Assembly (NCBI GenBank): GCA_963712115.1 | Contig: CAVQGX010000047.1 | Span: forward strand, 1-26,364 | Reading direction: 5' to 3' | Origin: an uncultured delta proteobacterium | Lineage (GTDB): Bacteria > Desulfobacterota > Syntrophobacteria > BM002 | DNA length: 26,364 bases | Part shown: positions 24,520 through 26,364 of the stretch, piece after piece | Layout: every line of letters begins with the position of its first letter | Numbering within the stretch: the stretch's first letter is position 1 | Translations under genes and position numbers: made by a program | Notes under the pieces: generated by a model | Told to the model about the DNA's origin: nothing | Databases searched by the model: none | Seen by the model: only the letters and a program-made list of their open reading frames with translations

Positions 24520-25041
24520 ATGGCGAAGACTTTGACGGAAATGGCAGCCGAAATTGTAGCTGCGCAGGCTTCACATGCGGTGATGGCGTCTGACGATATG
24601 GTGGGAGCACTGAAAAAGACGTTTGAAGCCCTCAAAAATATCAAAACAATCGAAGAGGGCGGGCCGGAAGGAGAGGCTCCTCCAGTAGATCCTAAAAAAT
24701 CTATTCAGAGAAACTACATCATTAATCTTGAAGATGGCAAGAAGTACAAGCAGCTTACTGCAAGGACTCTTGCAAAATTCGGCATTACACCGGCAGAATA
24801 TCGTAAGAAGTGGGGCTTTTCTCCTAGACAGCCGTTAGCGGCCAAGTCTCTTAGCGCCAAACGTAGAAAAACTGCCAAAGCTCTTGGCCTCGGGGAGAAA
24901 TTACAGTTGGCAAGAAAGGCGAAGGCTGCTGCAAAGGCTGCGGCGAAGCCAAAGGCTGCGGCGAAGGCGAAGCCTGCAAAGAAGGCAAAAGCCGCACCCA
25001 AGAAGAAGAAAAAAGCTGCAAGGAAAAAGAAAAAGGCATAA
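24520..25041 (+). CDS. mucR: Ros/MucR-family protein lacking Zn ligands, with a Lys/Ala/Pro-rich histone-H1-like C-terminal tail
   Basis: MucR core motifs AAEIVAA, PPVDPKKSI, IINLEDGKKYKQL, GITPAEYRKKWG, PL.A and S.KR...AKALGLG. Tail AKAAAKAAAKPKAAAKAKPAKKAKAAPKKKKKAARKKKKA. Preceded by GGAGGA. Confidence 0.9.
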   Translation: MAKTLTEMAAEIVAAQASHAVMASDDMVGALKKTFEALKNIKTIEEGGPEGEAPPVDPKKSIQRNYIINLEDGKKYKQLTARTLAKFGITPAEYRKKWGFSPRQPLAAKSLSAKRRKTAKALGLGEKLQLARKAKAAAKAAAKPKAAAKAKPAKKAKAAPKKKKKAARKKKKA

Positions 25042-25065
25042 GGAAGTTGGCTGGTAAAATAAAGG

Positions 25066-25097
25066 AAAAGTCTGCCAATAGGCGGGCTTTTTTATTT
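25066..25097 (+). terminator. Rho-independent terminator after mucR
   Basis: aaaagtctgcc-aata-ggcgggctttt followed by a T-rich tract. Confidence 0.85.
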
Positions 25098-25126
25098 ATA
25101 TAAAGAGTTAGTGATCTACAGTCTGG

Positions 25127-25281
25127 ATATTTTAGATTTGAGATTTCAGATCGCAGATTTGAGATTTAGGATTGTACATTTTGAACCAATATATATCGCT
25201 TTAAATTATCGATCTTCAATCTGCCGTAAGGAATTTGATGTAGTCAATCTTAAATCTACAATCTACAATCTGCAATCTAGA
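25127..25281. repeat. Inverted heptamer array (GATTKYA / AATCTHM family)
   Basis: attttagatttgagatttcagatcgcagatttgagatttaggattgta ... caatcttaaatctacaatctacaatctgcaatctag. Confidence 0.78.
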
Positions 25282-25285
25282 TAAG

Positions 25286-25546
25286 TTACTCCTTCAATGA
25301 CTCAAGGTAAGATCTCAGAGAGTCAAAATCTGGATATTTTTTAAGTTCATCCCCAGACCTGAGGTCGTAGACAACCACGGCAACAGGCTCATCCAGCAAT
25401 TGGGGCAGGCCCTCCCCCTCTTTGTCCATTACGGTTATGTAGGCGCGTCTTCCATTATAACTAATAAATTTTGTGTACCACGCTTGTCCGGCGCAACTTG
25501 CAGAAATACGGAATCCGTGCTCTTTCATAATCTCTTCTACGCTCAT
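25286..25546 (-). CDS. Hypothetical protein (86 aa)
   Basis: GAGGTG upstream, natural composition, co-oriented with the upstream MlaD gene. Confidence 0.72.
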   Translation of the reverse strand: MSVEEIMKEHGFRISASCAGQAWYTKFISYNGRRAYITVMDKEGEGLPQLLDEPVAVVVYDLRSGDELKKYPDFDSLRSYLESLKE

Positions 25547-25585
25547 ACTTGCCCACCTCTACTGCTGGAGTGAAAGCGAGATAAA

Positions 25586-26267
25586 TCAAATGCTTTTGAG
25601 TTTATCCAACTTTACCTCTAAAGTCTCTATTTCTTTCTCCTTGCCCAACTGCCGCAGACGTTTTCTCAACTCTCGAAGCGCCTCTTCCAATCGGGGTAAC
25701 ACCTCTTCCTTGAAATATTCACGTGTCTCGACCCCGGCTTGCCCCAATTTGTTTAGCCAATAATCCATCTCACGTTCCAACTCCTTATACCATTCCCTTT
25801 CAGGAAGTTGACTCAGTCTCCTCTTCCCAGCGTTCAAGCTCTCGCTCAAGCTGCTTCCTCCAGGCCTCGAGTCCTCTTTCGGTTTTTTCCAACTGGAGGG
25901 AAAGATAGGTACTGCCCTCTACGGCAGTTCCGGTTGGGAGAGGATTTCCCTCCTCAGACAGGTTGACCATGTTGACAAGGCTTTGCCCTTGCCTCTGGGG
26001 ATCGGTTTGAATGACGAATCGGCTCTCATTCGTGACTTTATCCGAGAAATCTTTCCTTATTTGCAATTGCACCGAGGCTTGACCTTGAACATTTTGTTTC
26101 ACCGACTGGACCTTACCGATTTTTTGTTCATTCCATAATACCGGGTCATTTTGCTTTAGTCCCTCGGTCCTGTCGTACAAGACAGTAAGTTGCAGGCTAC
26201 CAACACAGGCAGCAGCCAGTACATAGACGAAGATTAACGGCAAGATCCAGAAATTGTTATTTCTCAT
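25586..26267 (-). pseudogene. MlaD/MCE-domain protein with coiled-coil C-terminus, split by a +1 frameshift near 25817 (pseudogene or sequencing error)
   Basis: MCE motif YDRTEGLKQNDPVLWNEQKIGKV...S.F.I. The segment ...LERWEEE continues as LSQLPEREWYKELERE... in the 25586-25849 frame. Removing 1 nt gives 226 aa. Confidence 0.78.
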
Positions 26268-26364
26268 CTTTTTCCCCCGGTTGGAGAACTTGACTGCATA
26301 CTGTATATCTAGGTTAACAATAATGTCATATTGGCTGGGAACAGTAAAGGAGGGAAGACATAAA

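Noticed and set aside
21649-25041. A defence island around the Pycsar-type effector
   Set aside because: No other recognisable defence gene is nearby and the neighbours are not co-oriented as an operon.
24714-25078. Ala/Phe-rich minus-strand ORFs
   Set aside because: Antisense shadows of the Lys/Ala-rich MucR tail.
178-25281. Short repeat arrays as CRISPR
   Set aside because: Units are 7-9 bp and tandem, with no unique spacers and no cas genes.

Overview
A 26.4-kb bacterial chromosomal window. Gene content and intergenic repeat style suggest a deltaproteobacterium/Desulfobacterota, which is an inference. Most genes are unrelated housekeeping or signalling genes: an FHA-GAF histidine kinase, an MBL hydrolase, deoC, DUF488, an AIR-synthase-family protein, two PilZ-type proteins, an HDAC/AcuC deacetylase, a discoidin-OmpA protein, a flavodoxin, an EamA transporter, manA, a beta-hydroxyacid dehydrogenase, a crotonase, azlCD, a LysM-DUF4015 protein, an orphan Pycsar-type membrane effector, MucR and an MlaD-domain protein. 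The main finding is an apparently complete IS1111-type IS110-superfamily element (about 2226-3740). Removing it restores a tandem TCAGAGG heptamer array, and its 3' non-coding region carries an 8-nt exact copy of the left target plus core, consistent with a bridge/seekRNA guide that targets the genome's short tandem repeats. Most intergenic gaps hold 7-9-mer repeat arrays (often inverted into hairpins) or MITE-like palindromes. Also notable are a MucR lacking zinc ligands fused to a histone-H1-like tail, two single-base frameshifts (manA and the MlaD gene), two sigma-54 promoters and a 58-aa HTH-like gene missing from the ORF track. No rRNA, tRNA or CRISPR array was recognised.
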